From Felis catus (taxonomy: Eukaryota), in contig NC_058368.1 of the NCBI RefSeq assembly GCF_018350175.1, positions 78,122,001 through 78,186,000 on the forward strand: a stretch of DNA of 64,000 bases, in the 5' to 3' direction. Below the pieces are notes generated by a model that was not told the origin of the DNA, ran no database searches, and was given only the letters and a program-made list of their open reading frames with translations. Shown here in pieces: positions 63,169 to 64,000 of the stretch; position 1 is the first letter of the stretch; the number at the start of each line of letters is the position of its first letter. The position numbers and the translations under genes are program-made.

Positions 63169-64000
63169 TAGATAGCTTTGATTTTTATATGATTTCAGGT
63201 AATGGCTGGCCTGCTACTGGTATGCACGTTCATATGTGCATTTTCTACTATTTTAATATATACTTACATAATATGCCTCATTTCTCAGTGGCTCAGACTT
63301 CAGATAATATTTTCGGGAACTGCACATAGGAGCTCAGGGTAATGAGCTAAATATCTGTGAGGGGTATGGATGTCCTGGCCCAAACGTTTGTACTGGTTCA
63401 GCGTTTGTAGACACCACAGCGTTATTTTTCTGGTTTGTTAAATAACTTGAAGAAGCACACTGTCACTTTATTTGCACTATTTTATAAATAACTTTAAGTT
63501 TTCTTTTTAAAACCATGAATGCCAGTAAAGTAGTCACCTGATTACGACCAGGTGCACCTCTTCACATTATGTAACCTTCAACCTTGGCAACCCTTCCTCT
63601 TACAGAATCAGATACTCTTCTATTCATCCACAGACCCTTTTTTCTTTATTTGATTACATCTTTTCCTTCAGTTGTTCCATTCTTCCTTATGTATTACAAG
63701 GGATATGTCATTTATTCAGTATTTTATACCCTATCCTAGCCCGCTTACCTCTCTCCTCTCTGTGATTGGTTCACAGATGTGTTAAGCCACTAATTCAATT
63801 TCTGTTATATAAAACCTGTTTTTTAAAACATCGTGTCTGTCTTCTTTTTCAAAAAACCTTTGCTAACATTTTCCACTCCAACTATTTTCAATTTTGCTTT
63901 TACTGTCTCTAGAGTGACCTGTACTTTTATCCTAGATAATTTTTTTTTTTTTACTGAGAACACGAAGACACTCTACTATAATTCTGGTTTCGCAAAAAAA

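Noticed and set aside
1..64000. A novel multi-gene system, CRISPR array or operon
   Set aside because: This is eukaryotic, repeat-rich DNA. The dispersed repeats of about 200 bp are CanSINEs, not regularly spaced direct repeats, and there are no long ORFs

Overview
Mammalian genomic DNA, almost certainly from a felid (cat family), judged from about 49 tRNA-derived CanSINEs, six of which belong to a young, near-identical SINEC_Fc-type subfamily with clear target-site duplications (TSDs). The window is repeat-dominated intergenic or intronic sequence. It also contains ancient and carnivore L1 fragments, MaLR (MLT1) and other LTRs, a decayed ERV-L pol fragment, hAT/Tigger MITEs, MIRs and microsatellites. 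The only gene-like signal is at the left edge: a GC/CpG-rich promoter (NRF1, ETS and Sp1 motifs) and a minus-strand reading frame with a signal-peptide-like leucine stretch that runs off the window. I could not name that gene. No other coding exon, RNA gene or novel multi-gene system could be supported. Many entries in the ORF track derive from SINEs, L1 or microsatellites, and none of the rest matches a protein I recognise. Repeat family names come from my recall of consensus sequences, not from a database search, and repeat boundaries are approximate (about +/-10-30 bp).
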